A stretch of 64,000 nucleotides of DNA, from IMG/VR virus record IMGVR_UViG_3300021399_003599; one strand, 5' to 3'. The notes beneath the pieces were generated by a model. It worked only from the letters and a program-made list of their open reading frames with translations, had not been told where the DNA came from and did no database searches. The position numbers were made by a program, and so were the translations under genes. This stretch comes from a virus. Lineage: Duplodnaviria; Caudoviricetes. Positions 33,448 through 44,843 of this stretch are shown here, one piece after another. Each line of letters begins with the position of its first letter. Position 1 is the stretch's first letter.

Positions 33448-35687
33448 AGTTTGACCTGGCTATGCTTAATTCTAGCTTCTGTTTCAGCAATTTTGCCATT
33501 ATTAAAAGCCGTCTTATAGTTCCCTGTTAAGTAGCCTGTCACTCGTCTTAGCTGCTGAATATTGTGGCTGCCGCACATAGGACAAGTATCATTAAACTCA
33601 TCTGTATATCCACAATCTAGACAAGTGTCATTAGGAACATTCAAAGCGAAATACGGTATATCTTTATCCATTGCATAATTAACTAAAGTCTCAAGTGCTT
33701 CAATATTGTTCTTTACGCTTCCGTCAAGCTCAACATATGTAATACAACCAGCACTTGAATATCCTGTTAACTGACTCTCAATGTCGATTTTTTCAAATGG
33801 AGAAATTTCTTTCCAGACAGGAACATGGATACTATTGGTGAAATAATCATGGTCACTTACATTAGGAATCTCACCATATAAAGCTTTAAATTTCTTCATG
33901 GCTGTATAGCATAGATTCTCGGCAGGAGTATAATATACACCAAAGTTTAAGCTATACTCTTGCTTAAACTCCGCACAACGATCCTTGAATAATTGTTCAA
34001 TTTGCTTAGCAAGCTTCATTCCTCGTTCTTCGGTATGATCACATCCAATAAGGATTTGAAGAGTTTCCGCGAGACCTAATTGACCAATAACAATCGTTCC
34101 ATGCTTTAAAGCAGAACGAATTCCTTCTTCTGGAATATATCCTGCCATCGTATTATTTTCATACATAAAGGATGCTGACTTAGGATCTTGCGCGCAAATC
34201 CAATCAAAACGTTCAATCAACATATCCTTAGCTTCATGAATCTTTTTATCTAATCTTTTCATAAAAGTATCAATTAACAATTGATTATCATATCCATCTG
34301 GATAAGTGATTCGATTAAGACTTTCTTTTACTTCCATTGCTAAAGTTGGCATAATAATAGTAACAGGGCAAATGTTCCCTCGACCATCTTTTAATTGTCC
34401 AAAACCATTAATATCAAAGCCATTCGCAGTTCTGCAACCCATGGTGCTAAAGTATGTGCGGGGATCGTTAACATCATAGCCCGCATTTCCAGACCAATCT
34501 ACATTAGCATAATTAGGATAGAGTCTTTGCGCAGTAGATTTAAGAGCCAGTTGGAATAGATCATAATTAGGATCTCCTGGCTTACGATTTACCCCAGTCA
34601 TGCATTGGAAAATACCACAAGGGAAAATACTAGTTTTATGAAGTTTACCAAGTCCTTCAATCGATACATTTAACAGGGCTTTAGTAACCATACGTCCCTC
34701 TGGTAAAGTACAAGTCCCATAATTAATTGAAGTAAATGGTAGCTGGTTCCCGCTACGAGACTGTAATGTATTTAAATTATGATACATACCTTCTACTGCT
34801 TGATGGGTTTCCTTGATAGTCATATCCATTGCGTATTTATAGATAGCAGAGTCTTCTTTAAAATAATCATCCTCAATAGAGAAATTCTTTTTTATAGCAT
34901 GAGCTATAATTGTATCAGCTTCATCTTCTGAAAGATTACCAATATAAATACAAGCATCTTTATAATGCTTATAAAAACTCTTCCGAACATATGGAACCAT
35001 TGTCCAATCAATATGAGTAGCACTTACACCACCAAATTGCTGAAGCGATTGTAGCTGGAAAATAACCGCTACTAGCTGCATAGCAGTATTAATACTGTTT
35101 GCGGGACGTACATCTGTTTGACGTGTGTTAAAACCATTAGCAAGTAAATCATCAAATGGTATAGATAAACAATTATGAGTACCAACAGCGTATTGATCTA
35201 AGTCATGGATATAGATTTCATTGTTTAGATGATTATCCCTTGACATCTTAGACATACAATGATTCAAAGCATAATCTTTTAACATAACAGATGTTGCTTC
35301 ACCAATTCTTCCACCAAAAGAGTGTTCATCTACATTGGCATTTTGATTGTCTATCTGTTCAGAAAGAAGCTTCGCCGCGAACAATTTACTTAATTCATTC
35401 TGTCTGCGGAGCTCATGCTCATATCTATAACGAATAAAGCTTTGAGCTACATCTTTTCTGCGGGTGCTCATTAATCCATGTTCACAAAGATCTTGACATT
35501 TTTCAACCGAGATTTCTCCACCATTTTCCTCGGTATAGTTTTCAATATAATCTGCTATATTCCAAGCTTTTAGATCTGCATATTCTGTAATTTCACCATC
35601 TACATCATAAAAAGCTGCGATAATAGCATTATAAATTCTTTCTTTGTCAAAATTTTGTCTATCACCATTTCGTTTTATTACATACAT
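33444..35687 (-). CDS. nrdD: class III anaerobic ribonucleoside-triphosphate reductase
   Basis: ATP cone; IYIHD; MGCR; TPAE; RRVTGY glycyl-radical motif. Confidence 0.96.
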   Translation of the reverse strand: MYVIKRNGDRQNFDKERIYNAIIAAFYDVDGEITEYADLKAWNIADYIENYTEENGGEISVEKCQDLCEHGLMSTRRKDVAQSFIRYRYEHELRRQNELSKLFAAKLLSEQIDNQNANVDEHSFGGRIGEATSVMLKDYALNHCMSKMSRDNHLNNEIYIHDLDQYAVGTHNCLSIPFDDLLANGFNTRQTDVRPANSINTAMQLVAVIFQLQSLQQFGGVSATHIDWTMVPYVRKSFYKHYKDACIYIGNLSEDEADTIIAHAIKKNFSIEDDYFKEDSAIYKYAMDMTIKETHQAVEGMYHNLNTLQSRSGNQLPFTSINYGTCTLPEGRMVTKALLNVSIEGLGKLHKTSIFPCGIFQCMTGVNRKPGDPNYDLFQLALKSTAQRLYPNYANVDWSGNAGYDVNDPRTYFSTMGCRTANGFDINGFGQLKDGRGNICPVTIIMPTLAMEVKESLNRITYPDGYDNQLLIDTFMKRLDKKIHEAKDMLIERFDWICAQDPKSASFMYENNTMAGYIPEEGIRSALKHGTIVIGQLGLAETLQILIGCDHTEERGMKLAKQIEQLFKDRCAEFKQEYSLNFGVYYTPAENLCYTAMKKFKALYGEIPNVSDHDYFTNSIHVPVWKEISPFEKIDIESQLTGYSSAGCITYVELDGSVKNNIEALETLVNYAMDKDIPYFALNVPNDTCLDCGYTDEFNDTCPMCGSHNIQQLRRVTGYLTGNYKTAFNNGKIAETEARIKHSQVKL

Positions 35688-35764
35688 TATATGTCCTCCT
35701 TTATATAAATTAGTTTAAGGCTATAATAGTATATATATTTAAAAAATAACATACTCCATTTATC

Positions 35765-36325
35765 CTAAAATGCAAAAAAATGTCCGATTATGCGCACCGT
35801 AGAGTCAACGTCTTTGTTTTTAATTTTGTAACAAGTAATATAATTCTTTTCACAAAATCGTTTAAACTTTCTAAAGTTAATAAAATCTGCGATACCCCTT
35901 CTAAGCATTTGCAGATTAAAACCTTTTTCTCTTTTTATTGAGCGCATTAATCTGACAAAAAAATTTTCTGTTAAATAAAAGATAGTAAAATTATCTAACT
36001 TTTTTACAACAGAATATATACCACTCGGATTTAAGACTAGAATATTTTGACAATTTTCTTTTAAATTATTAATCGGTGTGCCATATCGCCAACCTCTAAA
36101 AACTGTCTGTTCTAAATAATCATAGCTATCAAATTCTTTAAAGTTCGCGCAAAAATGATAATCTACATCTTGTTTCTCGCCTTGCCGCATTGGCCTTGTG
36201 GTATTACTAATAACTAAATTACAATTCCGCCCAGTCTTCGATATAGCTGAATAAACAGCGCGGGCCACCGTGTCTTTACCTGCGGCAGATGGCCCGCAAA
36301 GAATTATGTCCTTCCAATCATACAT
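35765..36325 (-). CDS. gmk: guanylate kinase-like protein
   Basis: GPSAAGKDT; TTRPMRQGE...DYHF; YGTP. Confidence 0.85.
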   Translation of the reverse strand: MYDWKDIILCGPSAAGKDTVARAVYSAISKTGRNCNLVISNTTRPMRQGEKQDVDYHFCANFKEFDSYDYLEQTVFRGWRYGTPINNLKENCQNILVLNPSGIYSVVKKLDNFTIFYLTENFFVRLMRSIKREKGFNLQMLRRGIADFINFRKFKRFCEKNYITCYKIKNKDVDSTVRIIGHFFAF

Positions 36326-36530
36326 ACTTTTTCTTCCCTAAAACAAATTGAATTTCTCCACTATTGGAAGAAGTTATTGCTCTTTTACATTTAGGACATT
36401 CCCACCCATAACGAGGTGGCTGTACAGGATAAACTATACCTGTTCTTTTCATTGGAGTCTTACAGCCAGGGCATAACTCAATCTCTCTATACATTTTTTT
36501 AACATATTGTCTTATTTTCTTTTTACCCAT
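36318..36530 (-). CDS. zinc-ribbon protein
   Basis: CPGC...CPKC. Confidence 0.7.
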   Translation of the reverse strand: MGKKKIRQYVKKMYREIELCPGCKTPMKRTGIVYPVQPPRYGWECPKCKRAITSSNSGEIQFVLGKKKYV

Positions 36531-39500
36531 TATAATCCTCTAATTCATCTGCTCTAGCATATTCCATCTCAATAGTTCCATTACTATGTACTTTATTTAT
36601 TTTATAAAATTGATGACTATTGGATCGCTTATAACTCTTTAAGAAAAACATATCTCCTCTTCGATATCCATTACAAACACAGAGAGTTCCCTTTTTAAAA
36701 AAACTATCTTCAATATAATGTTTATCTCCATCTTCTCCAATTTGAGAAATCTTCTTTTTACGAGAAGCATAAAAATCTTTACTCATCTTTACAGTAACTA
36801 CACCACTATCTGTTGTTAATAAACTAACGCAAGATTTCATATCATCTTTTGCAATAATCGTTCCCATTATTCGATGAGTTTTATAAATTGGAATACTTGC
36901 GGCACCCCGCTTAAACATATAATCTACTTCAGGATCTTCTGATAAACTATTAAAAGATACAATATTATACAAAGATTGATTCACATTAATAAGCTCGTGC
37001 GGTGAAGCATAAAAACTAAGACTATCCATTTCCCATTTTGCTAAGCTACCGCTTGCATACTTATCCCACATTTCATTAAACAAACTATTATTCAATTGCC
37101 GCAAAAGTTCTTCTGCGTGTTCTTTAATATATTGCTTTGCAACATCCATTGTTTTATCATACTGTTTTTTCCATACTGTTTTAGCAATAACTAAATCTCC
37201 ATCATCATCAACTTGGAGTAAATCAATGTTAAAAAACTTTTCATAAAATCTATAATAATTATCTTTGATAACAAAACTCTCACCTTTTTGAACTTCTTTT
37301 AATGCTTTATTAAAAACAAAAGTTCTCTTTTGAAGATCTAACTCATCAGGTAATAAACCTTTTTGATTTAACCCATTAAAATTCTGCATCGTTAAACGCT
37401 TCTTAGGTTCACAAACCATCCAAATATAATCTCGCATAATTTGTTCTCTGTCATCAAATTCATCAAAGGCTCCCGATTTAATTAAAGCAACTGCTTGAGT
37501 TTTATTTACTTTAACCTTATTTAGAAAATCTTCTAATGACTCATACGGACGATTATTAATTATCTCTTCAATAATCTCTCCATTAATACCAGTTAAGCCT
37601 TTCATACCAAAAATAATTTGATTCTTTTTTGAATCTGGTTCAAACATATATTGTGATTGATTAATATCAATTAAAGATACTTTAATTCCTTTGCTTACCA
37701 TATTACCAATAGCTTTCGCTACCTTACTATAATTTGTTGATGAATCTTCTTCAAGCCCTGCGTCTACCCGCAAACACGCAGTATTCCAATAGATAGGATT
37801 AAAATAAGTTGCTAAATACGCACACTGAACCGCAATCAATGAATAACTATATGTATGTTCCTTATTAAAAGCATATCCCATTTGTTCGTTAAATAAAACA
37901 TCCCAAATATAATGTCCTAGTGCGGGCGACTTCGCTTTTTCAAGAACTATCTTATGAAGTTCTGGAATCTTATTCATTAATTTCTTACCGATTGTTTTTC
38001 TTGCGTCGTTTGTTGTTTTTAGATCAAAACCAAATAATCTTTCATCCATCATCATTAGCATTAAGTCATCTTGTAGTGGCAAAGTTCCATAACTGTAAGA
38101 ACAATATTCTTTAATAATATCCTGCTCTTCCTGCGTGAGCCCCGCACTTGTCATTTCATCATACCACTCATCAGGATTATTTTGAATACGATAATATCTG
38201 TCTACAGGCGTTTCCGCGCCCTTTTCCTGTGCCATTAATCGAATTAACGCATTAATAGCTGCTAGCTCTTGGACTGATCGAGGCTTTAACTTCTTTACTG
38301 CTTGCCCACCTACTTGAGTATCAAACTGAAATAGATTTAAAACTTCTAGCTTATCAATTGCATCCCAAATCTTAGGATCCTCTAATGGTAAAACGTCTGG
38401 ATGTAGATACTTATTATATAAATTCTTTAAGGATAGATCTTTATCTATTTCATTTTTTTCTTGTAACATTAAAAGACATTGAGTAATTTTTTCCATTACA
38501 TCTGTAACAAGAGAATCAATCTTAACATACCCTGCGCTTTCAGAATCATGAAGACTCCATTGAGTAATGATTGTTCCATCAGGAGCAGTCATAACTGCTC
38601 CTCGACTATACTCTTGCCCTGGTTCGTTAAATACAATTCCCGATGCATGGATTGATCTACTGCTAATTGTACCTTCTAGCTTCCTAATAATATTCAAAAG
38701 TCCAGGATATTGATTAACCGCATTTAAGAAAGTTTTATTAGGCTTTAAATCTTTTTCTGGGTTTCCTTCAATCATATCTGTAATGGTATAAGTAAAACCT
38801 CTCTGTTGACCAACTAATGAAGTTAAATACTGAGCTTGATCAACATCAATACCATTAGGAAAATCCTCTGTTCGATATCCTCTACAAGCTGCGAGAATTG
38901 CTGCCTTGCTTGACATAGTTGAAAAAGTACAAATCTGAACTAGACCTAACTCTCCTCGTTCTTCCCTAATCTTTTCAAACCACTTAGGTCTAATTGTTGG
39001 CGGCAAATCAAAGTCAAGATCTGGTAACTCATACCTGCTTTTATTTAGATAACGGAAATAATTATTTACTCCTGCTTTAATAGGATCATACTGAGTTAGA
39101 TTCATTAAATAATTATCAAGACCCGCGGATGAACTACCACGACCAGTTCCAATGCAGCCGCCGCACTCCCAGATTAAGTCAAAATAATGCTGAAGAAAAA
39201 TCGGATAACTAAAAATACAAGTTCCAAGAGCTTCACCAATTGTTAACTGAACATCCGCTTCGCTGTCTAACTCAGATAAATATTGATCATTATCAAGACC
39301 TTTTTCCTTTAACTTATCTACACAATAATTAACCCAATATCTTTCCTGCGGATTATCGCTATTATAAAGTTTATTTAAAAAGTTATATTTACTTTCCTTT
39401 TTCTGCTTTGGAAAATCTGGAACTACTACCTGCGGCACTTGCTGATTATGTAACAGAGAATACTCTTCTACCTTATCATACATTTCCATGCTATTGGCAA

Positions 39501-40374
39501 AAAGTTGATCTACATCACAACCAACTGGTTCTAGATGTTCGCGGATATCATCATATGATTGAAGATATGTAAACCCATAAAATGAATCAATATCTTCTCG
39601 CTCACCCTGTTTACTATTTAATAATGCTTTGTGCGCAATAAAATCTTCCTGCGTTAAACGATGACTGTCATCTTGAACCGTAGCTTTAATTCCAAATACA
39701 TTACAAAGTTGAAGTGTTCTTTGATTAACAAAAATCTGATCTTTATAAGTTGCAGGTGCTATTTCAAAATAAAAATCATCTTCAAATTGTTCTTTACAAA
39801 ATAAAACATGTTTAACAATTAGATCATGAGCTGTCTTACGAGCTAAATCATCTCCAACTTTTTCAGCCTGTTTCATTGCTAAAAGCTGTTGACCAATTAA
39901 AGATCCGATACAAGCGCTCGACGCAATTAAATGACCTTTACCATACTCTTTAATAACACCAGCTAATTCATCATATAACAAAGGAACCCTTTGAAGTCCT
40001 CGATCAAAATAACTATTTAACCATGCGATTGAGGACATTTTTCTTAACATTTCATGCCCTCGAGCATCTTTCGCACAAAGAAGAAAGTGATAATATCTTT
40101 GTTTACTATCTCTTGTTTCAGTTAAATAAATTTCATTTCCTAATGCAACTTTAAAATTAGGATAATCACTTTTTAACTCTTGCGCATACTTATTTAAAAT
40201 GATATGACTTGATAAGGATTCATGTTCACTAATCCCAATCATATCAATTCCTAACTCAATTGCTTTATCTACAATCGCAGTAGGGGAAGATAAAGCATCT
40301 AAAAGACGTAAATTACTATAATAACTATGATTGTGAATTGATGCACGATGATTTGACATATTACTCCTTATCAA
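36523..40374 (-). CDS. dnaE: DNA polymerase III alpha subunit (family C)
   Basis: PHP HNHSYYS; GRGSS; PDLDFD; HASG; YAFNKEH. Confidence 0.95.
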   Translation of the reverse strand: MIRSNMSNHRASIHNHSYYSNLRLLDALSSPTAIVDKAIELGIDMIGISEHESLSSHIILNKYAQELKSDYPNFKVALGNEIYLTETRDSKQRYYHFLLCAKDARGHEMLRKMSSIAWLNSYFDRGLQRVPLLYDELAGVIKEYGKGHLIASSACIGSLIGQQLLAMKQAEKVGDDLARKTAHDLIVKHVLFCKEQFEDDFYFEIAPATYKDQIFVNQRTLQLCNVFGIKATVQDDSHRLTQEDFIAHKALLNSKQGEREDIDSFYGFTYLQSYDDIREHLEPVGCDVDQLFANSMEMYDKVEEYSLLHNQQVPQVVVPDFPKQKKESKYNFLNKLYNSDNPQERYWVNYCVDKLKEKGLDNDQYLSELDSEADVQLTIGEALGTCIFSYPIFLQHYFDLIWECGGCIGTGRGSSSAGLDNYLMNLTQYDPIKAGVNNYFRYLNKSRYELPDLDFDLPPTIRPKWFEKIREERGELGLVQICTFSTMSSKAAILAACRGYRTEDFPNGIDVDQAQYLTSLVGQQRGFTYTITDMIEGNPEKDLKPNKTFLNAVNQYPGLLNIIRKLEGTISSRSIHASGIVFNEPGQEYSRGAVMTAPDGTIITQWSLHDSESAGYVKIDSLVTDVMEKITQCLLMLQEKNEIDKDLSLKNLYNKYLHPDVLPLEDPKIWDAIDKLEVLNLFQFDTQVGGQAVKKLKPRSVQELAAINALIRLMAQEKGAETPVDRYYRIQNNPDEWYDEMTSAGLTQEEQDIIKEYCSYSYGTLPLQDDLMLMMMDERLFGFDLKTTNDARKTIGKKLMNKIPELHKIVLEKAKSPALGHYIWDVLFNEQMGYAFNKEHTYSYSLIAVQCAYLATYFNPIYWNTACLRVDAGLEEDSSTNYSKVAKAIGNMVSKGIKVSLIDINQSQYMFEPDSKKNQIIFGMKGLTGINGEIIEEIINNRPYESLEDFLNKVKVNKTQAVALIKSGAFDEFDDREQIMRDYIWMVCEPKKRLTMQNFNGLNQKGLLPDELDLQKRTFVFNKALKEVQKGESFVIKDNYYRFYEKFFNIDLLQVDDDGDLVIAKTVWKKQYDKTMDVAKQYIKEHAEELLRQLNNSLFNEMWDKYASGSLAKWEMDSLSFYASPHELINVNQSLYNIVSFNSLSEDPEVDYMFKRGAASIPIYKTHRIMGTIIAKDDMKSCVSLLTTDSGVVTVKMSKDFYASRKKKISQIGEDGDKHYIEDSFFKKGTLCVCNGYRRGDMFFLKSYKRSNSHQFYKINKVHSNGTIEMEYARADELEDYNG

Positions 40375-40428
40375 ATCTAAGAACTATATTATGTAATAAT
40401 TATACTACATATTTTAACTACTGTCAAC

Positions 40429-42216
40429 TTAGAAAATCCACTCTTCTCTTAGTTCATAATCCTCTAACAGAATTTGTGGTTTACAATTACCGTTCCATTC
40501 ATTAACGCTACAAGTACCAATAACAGTTAAAATTTTATTTGGTTTAATTAGTTCATTATAAAAATCTTCATCTGTAAAGAATCTAATAATCTCAACGCCA
40601 CAGGGCAAAACAATCTTTACTGTGTTCTTTTTTGCTCCCATTAATTGAACAGAGCAGCGACTAAGATCTATATCTTCAATGCAGATATAAGGCTCTGAAA
40701 CCCCTTGTCCCCAACATTGTTTCATATTTGCAATAGTTAAAATAGTTAACATAGCTACATTATCAATATCGTACATTGTCCAAATGTAATCAACATAATA
40801 AGTTGGTTCATGACTAACGCCTTCAAGTTTTTGATTTAAATATTTTATAAAATCAGGAACGTTTTCTACGGGGATAGAACATCCAAAAGCAGATGAATGT
40901 CCTTGCGCAAACTCTACTAAATTACTCTCTTCAATAATCTCTCTTAGATTATTAATTGAACTATAACTATTATTTCTTCCCGACCCACGATAACAATTAG
41001 TTTCTTTATCATAAGTTAAAACTAAAGCCGGCCGCTGATACTCATTTGCTATCTTTGTAGCAGCAAGCCCCGCAATTGCGGGAGATATTTCCCCAGGTGC
41101 GCATAGGCATAAAATAAAATTATTATCAGTTAATTTATCTTCTTTGATAGAATCTTCCAAGAACATCATAGACAAATCTTGCTCTTTGTTTTGTCTTGCC
41201 TTTACATTTGCGGCAACTCGCACAGCTTCTTCCCATAAAGGCACTTGCTCTCCTTTATGTCCCCTTTTGTTACTGGCAATTAATTCATTCGCATTTATCT
41301 CGAGCATAGCATCGAAAATCAAAAATCTTTCTTCGAGAGTTCCTGACCGGACGCACGCATTAATAAAAGGTGTAACATACCAAGCTACGCCATTAAAAGT
41401 ACATCCACCTTTTTTCTCCATTGAAAAACTATTCTTTTCAGCCATTCCTTTAAAGAAAGGATTTTGAATATTCTTTAGTCCAATATCAATGATAGCCTTA
41501 TTTTCAACATTATTAAAAGGCATTACGTCTGAAAGAATTCCTAGTGCAGCTAAATCTATAAATTTATTTGCATAATTATATTTAAATTTTTCATCATAGC
41601 ATCGACAAAACTGCCAAGTAACACCAGCTCCAGATAATCCTTTATTCCAATAGTCATCACTAAGTTGGTTATTAACAGTAATAACATAATCCAATTGCGC
41701 GGCTTGCCCCTCGTGGTGATCTAAAATAACAATATTCTTAATATCATATTTATCATGTAAAAGTATCATCTGATCATGGTCATTGGTTGCGGCGTCTGGG
41801 CAAAAAATAGTTGTAACATTTGAAGCAGCAGGAGGTTTGATTTCTTCCTTCTCTAGATATTCACAATAATCAGCAAGTCCATGCTCTTTTTCTTTATGCA
41901 TAAAATAATGAACGTGATGATCCGCATATACTACATCGACATTAAAGATATAATTCATAAGTATCGCCGCGGAAGAAAAACCATCTGCGTCCGCGTCAAC
42001 AATAATTAAAATGTCTTCATGATTTTGCATAACTTTGTATAAAACATCTACAGCCTTTTCCATGTTATTTAATTTTGTCCAAGGCTCAATACTTTCAAAT
42101 CCCGCATTCAACCATTGATATTGATCTTCTGATTTAATATTTCTATTATTTAGTATATATTCAACTGGACTATCAATATACTTTAAATTTTCTTCGTTAA
42201 TATATTTGTACTGCAA
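40429..42216 (-). CDS. recJ: RecJ-like DHH ssDNA exonuclease
   Basis: DADADG; LDHH; SGAGV; GSGR; GHSSAFG. Confidence 0.9.
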   Translation of the reverse strand: MQYKYINEENLKYIDSPVEYILNNRNIKSEDQYQWLNAGFESIEPWTKLNNMEKAVDVLYKVMQNHEDILIIVDADADGFSSAAILMNYIFNVDVVYADHHVHYFMHKEKEHGLADYCEYLEKEEIKPPAASNVTTIFCPDAATNDHDQMILLHDKYDIKNIVILDHHEGQAAQLDYVITVNNQLSDDYWNKGLSGAGVTWQFCRCYDEKFKYNYANKFIDLAALGILSDVMPFNNVENKAIIDIGLKNIQNPFFKGMAEKNSFSMEKKGGCTFNGVAWYVTPFINACVRSGTLEERFLIFDAMLEINANELIASNKRGHKGEQVPLWEEAVRVAANVKARQNKEQDLSMMFLEDSIKEDKLTDNNFILCLCAPGEISPAIAGLAATKIANEYQRPALVLTYDKETNCYRGSGRNNSYSSINNLREIIEESNLVEFAQGHSSAFGCSIPVENVPDFIKYLNQKLEGVSHEPTYYVDYIWTMYDIDNVAMLTILTIANMKQCWGQGVSEPYICIEDIDLSRCSVQLMGAKKNTVKIVLPCGVEIIRFFTDEDFYNELIKPNKILTVIGTCSVNEWNGNCKPQILLEDYELREEWIF

Positions 42217-42231
42217 TTGACGTCTCCTGTC

Positions 42232-43305
42232 TTATAGCATTATTCTATTCCTCCAAAGAAGTAAGAATACATCTTTTGTTCTATCTAAAGGACTTTCTTT
42301 ATAACCTAAAACTCCAAATTTGTCAAATAGAACACTTACATTAACTTTAGAAGAAAATTTATTCCCTAATTTCTCTAACTTAATAATTAATTTTTTATAA
42401 TCTTCATCACCAAGTTCATGAAAATCTTTATCAAAACCAATACATAATTCTTTGATACCGCAATCTAAAAGTAAATCAAATTGATAATTACTAATGCTGC
42501 TGCCGCAAACAGCTACACATAAATTATTTTGTAAACCAAAAAAAGTCATGCTTTTAAATACTGACTTTTCTGCTTCAACAACAATAGCGGTTTTCGCTTG
42601 CTCAATATTATTTTTACTCCAATTTAATCCAAATAAATTAAATCCAAGAGGAGAGTTATAAAGTTTTCCATTAATTCTTGCGGGACGATACTTCCCATAT
42701 TTTTCATTCTCTTTAATTAATGTTCTTTGTCTGATACCAATTAATCTATTATTCTCATCATAATGAGGAATAATTATTGCACCTTCTATTGGATTATATC
42801 GAATACCTGCATAATCACAAACTTCTTTAGAGATACCTTCTTCCATCCAAGGAACAATAACCGGTTGCGGGAAATGCTCAATAACTTTTTTATCGACTTC
42901 TGGTAAAGCAATTTTTTGTTTATCTTTTATTTGCAGATTAGAAATATCTTGATACTTTTTTAATATCTTCCAATCTTCTTCTACTATTGGATCAAATATA
43001 TCTTTTAATTTCCAAGTTAAGTTAGCTTGTTGAACAACAAAATAAATTGCAGTATTTAAATCGACATTTTTCACTTTCATGATCAATTGAAAGATATCCA
43101 TCGTTTCATCGCAGTGAGTCCAACATTTAAATAACTGTGTATTAAAATAATAATATAGTTTTCTACTATCTCCGCCATGACAAATCGTTAAACATTCAAT
43201 ATGATCATTTACTAATTGCGGCTCTGCTCCGATTAATTCAAGAATATCAAATACATCTTCATCTGTCAAAGACTCTTTAACTTCGTCTTTATTATAAGTT
43301 ATCAT
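42232..43305 (-). CDS. DNA primase (zinc finger + TOPRIM)
   Basis: CH...CWTHC; VVEAEKS; GFDKD. Confidence 0.85.
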   Translation of the reverse strand: MITYNKDEVKESLTDEDVFDILELIGAEPQLVNDHIECLTICHGGDSRKLYYYFNTQLFKCWTHCDETMDIFQLIMKVKNVDLNTAIYFVVQQANLTWKLKDIFDPIVEEDWKILKKYQDISNLQIKDKQKIALPEVDKKVIEHFPQPVIVPWMEEGISKEVCDYAGIRYNPIEGAIIIPHYDENNRLIGIRQRTLIKENEKYGKYRPARINGKLYNSPLGFNLFGLNWSKNNIEQAKTAIVVEAEKSVFKSMTFFGLQNNLCVAVCGSSISNYQFDLLLDCGIKELCIGFDKDFHELGDEDYKKLIIKLEKLGNKFSSKVNVSVLFDKFGVLGYKESPLDRTKDVFLLLWRNRIML

Positions 43306-44835
43306 TTACACCCCCACTTCTATTTCTAATGGTCTAATATCTGTAATTAATTCATAGTTATAATTTGTAACAAAAACAGTTTCAAATCTACAAGTCGCTT
43401 TATTCGCTATCTGCCAAAGATAACATCTAACAAAACCGCCTCTTCTGTTTTTATACACGGCTAATTTAGTATTAGGAACATCACAACCTAAATCTCGAAC
43501 TATATTTTCAATTTTTTCTTTGTCTTGTTGAGTTACATCAAGAAGAATCGCACCAAGATCTGCTCGGTCAGAAATAGCTTTTGCTCCTCTTAATAGATTC
43601 TGATCTGGTTGCGTGTCTGTTTTCCACTCAGAGCTTAACTGAGTACTCGTTAATACAAATACATTAAATTGATTAGCAATGTCTTTTAATTTTGCAGATA
43701 ACAAAAACAGAACATTATCTTCGCGTAATCCTTTTACACCTGCTTTACCGCTAACTTCACTTAAAATAGATAACGTTGATTGTAAATAATCTAAGAAAAT
43801 AAACTGACAACCATTCAATCTAATATTTCTTTTAATACAATTCTCTACATCTTTTAAAGAATAATCTGGCATATCAACAACATATAACAATGAATCTTTT
43901 AAAACTTGAATCGCTTTAGTAATCCGTTCACGTTCATGAAATTGAACCTGCCCATTTAATATTTTACCTTCATCTACTCCTGAGATAAAGGCTAATGCCA
44001 TTGTTTGAACTTCTGTTAAGTCTAACTCTGTGCTAATATATAATACTGGCTGACTAATACCAATGCTTTTCCACTTATTCAATTTTACATCATATATTTC
44101 ATTGCAAGCAATATAACAAGCATCCGCAATCATAGTTCTTGTTTTGCCCACGCCAGTTGCGGCGCTCCTAATATAATAACATCCTAACCTTGCTCCTCGA
44201 CAAACCGTATTAAAAAAACTATCATATAAAGGAGTACCAACATCAGGTTCTTGTTCTAGTTTTTCAAATAGTAAGTCTAAGTTTTCTCCAATAGACCGAC
44301 TCTCATCTATTGAATTATCTACTTTTTCAGCTCGAATATTTAAAATTTTATTTTCAATTAAATCTGCTAATTCATTCAAATTATATTTATCTAGAGTATC
44401 TTCTTGATGTTCTTGTAATTTAGTATTAAAAACATCATCTGGATCATATATCCAAGATACATCTACTCCTACTTCTTCATATGCACGAAGAAGAGTCATC
44501 TTTTTCATTCGAGAATAATAATATTCAAAATTATCAAGATCCGCGGATCTAGCTATTTCCGCAACCCATTCATTCCCTCTATTAGCTGAATAAATACCAT
44601 AACTATTTGGTCGATTCTTTAAATAGTCTTCTATTGATTGCGGGGTCACGTGATTAGTCCCCATTTGATGTAGATTAAAAATCGCACCAAAAACTACTTT
44701 ATGTAAATCATTTGTAAAATCTTCTTCGTTATAAAAATGACTACCATCTTCTGTTAACAAATTAGGATTTTGAATTGTGCATCCAATAACTTGGAGCGCC
44801 GCAGTCGTATCAATATATTTTGAATTTTTCAACAT
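43306..44835 (-). CDS. dnaB: DnaB-like replicative helicase
   Basis: AATGVGKT; FLDYLQ; STQLS; YKNRRG. Confidence 0.9.
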   Translation of the reverse strand: MLKNSKYIDTTAALQVIGCTIQNPNLLTEDGSHFYNEEDFTNDLHKVVFGAIFNLHQMGTNHVTPQSIEDYLKNRPNSYGIYSANRGNEWVAEIARSADLDNFEYYYSRMKKMTLLRAYEEVGVDVSWIYDPDDVFNTKLQEHQEDTLDKYNLNELADLIENKILNIRAEKVDNSIDESRSIGENLDLLFEKLEQEPDVGTPLYDSFFNTVCRGARLGCYYIRSAATGVGKTRTMIADACYIACNEIYDVKLNKWKSIGISQPVLYISTELDLTEVQTMALAFISGVDEGKILNGQVQFHERERITKAIQVLKDSLLYVVDMPDYSLKDVENCIKRNIRLNGCQFIFLDYLQSTLSILSEVSGKAGVKGLREDNVLFLLSAKLKDIANQFNVFVLTSTQLSSEWKTDTQPDQNLLRGAKAISDRADLGAILLDVTQQDKEKIENIVRDLGCDVPNTKLAVYKNRRGGFVRCYLWQIANKATCRFETVFVTNYNYELITDIRPLEIEVGV

Positions 44836-44843
44836 CAGCCCTC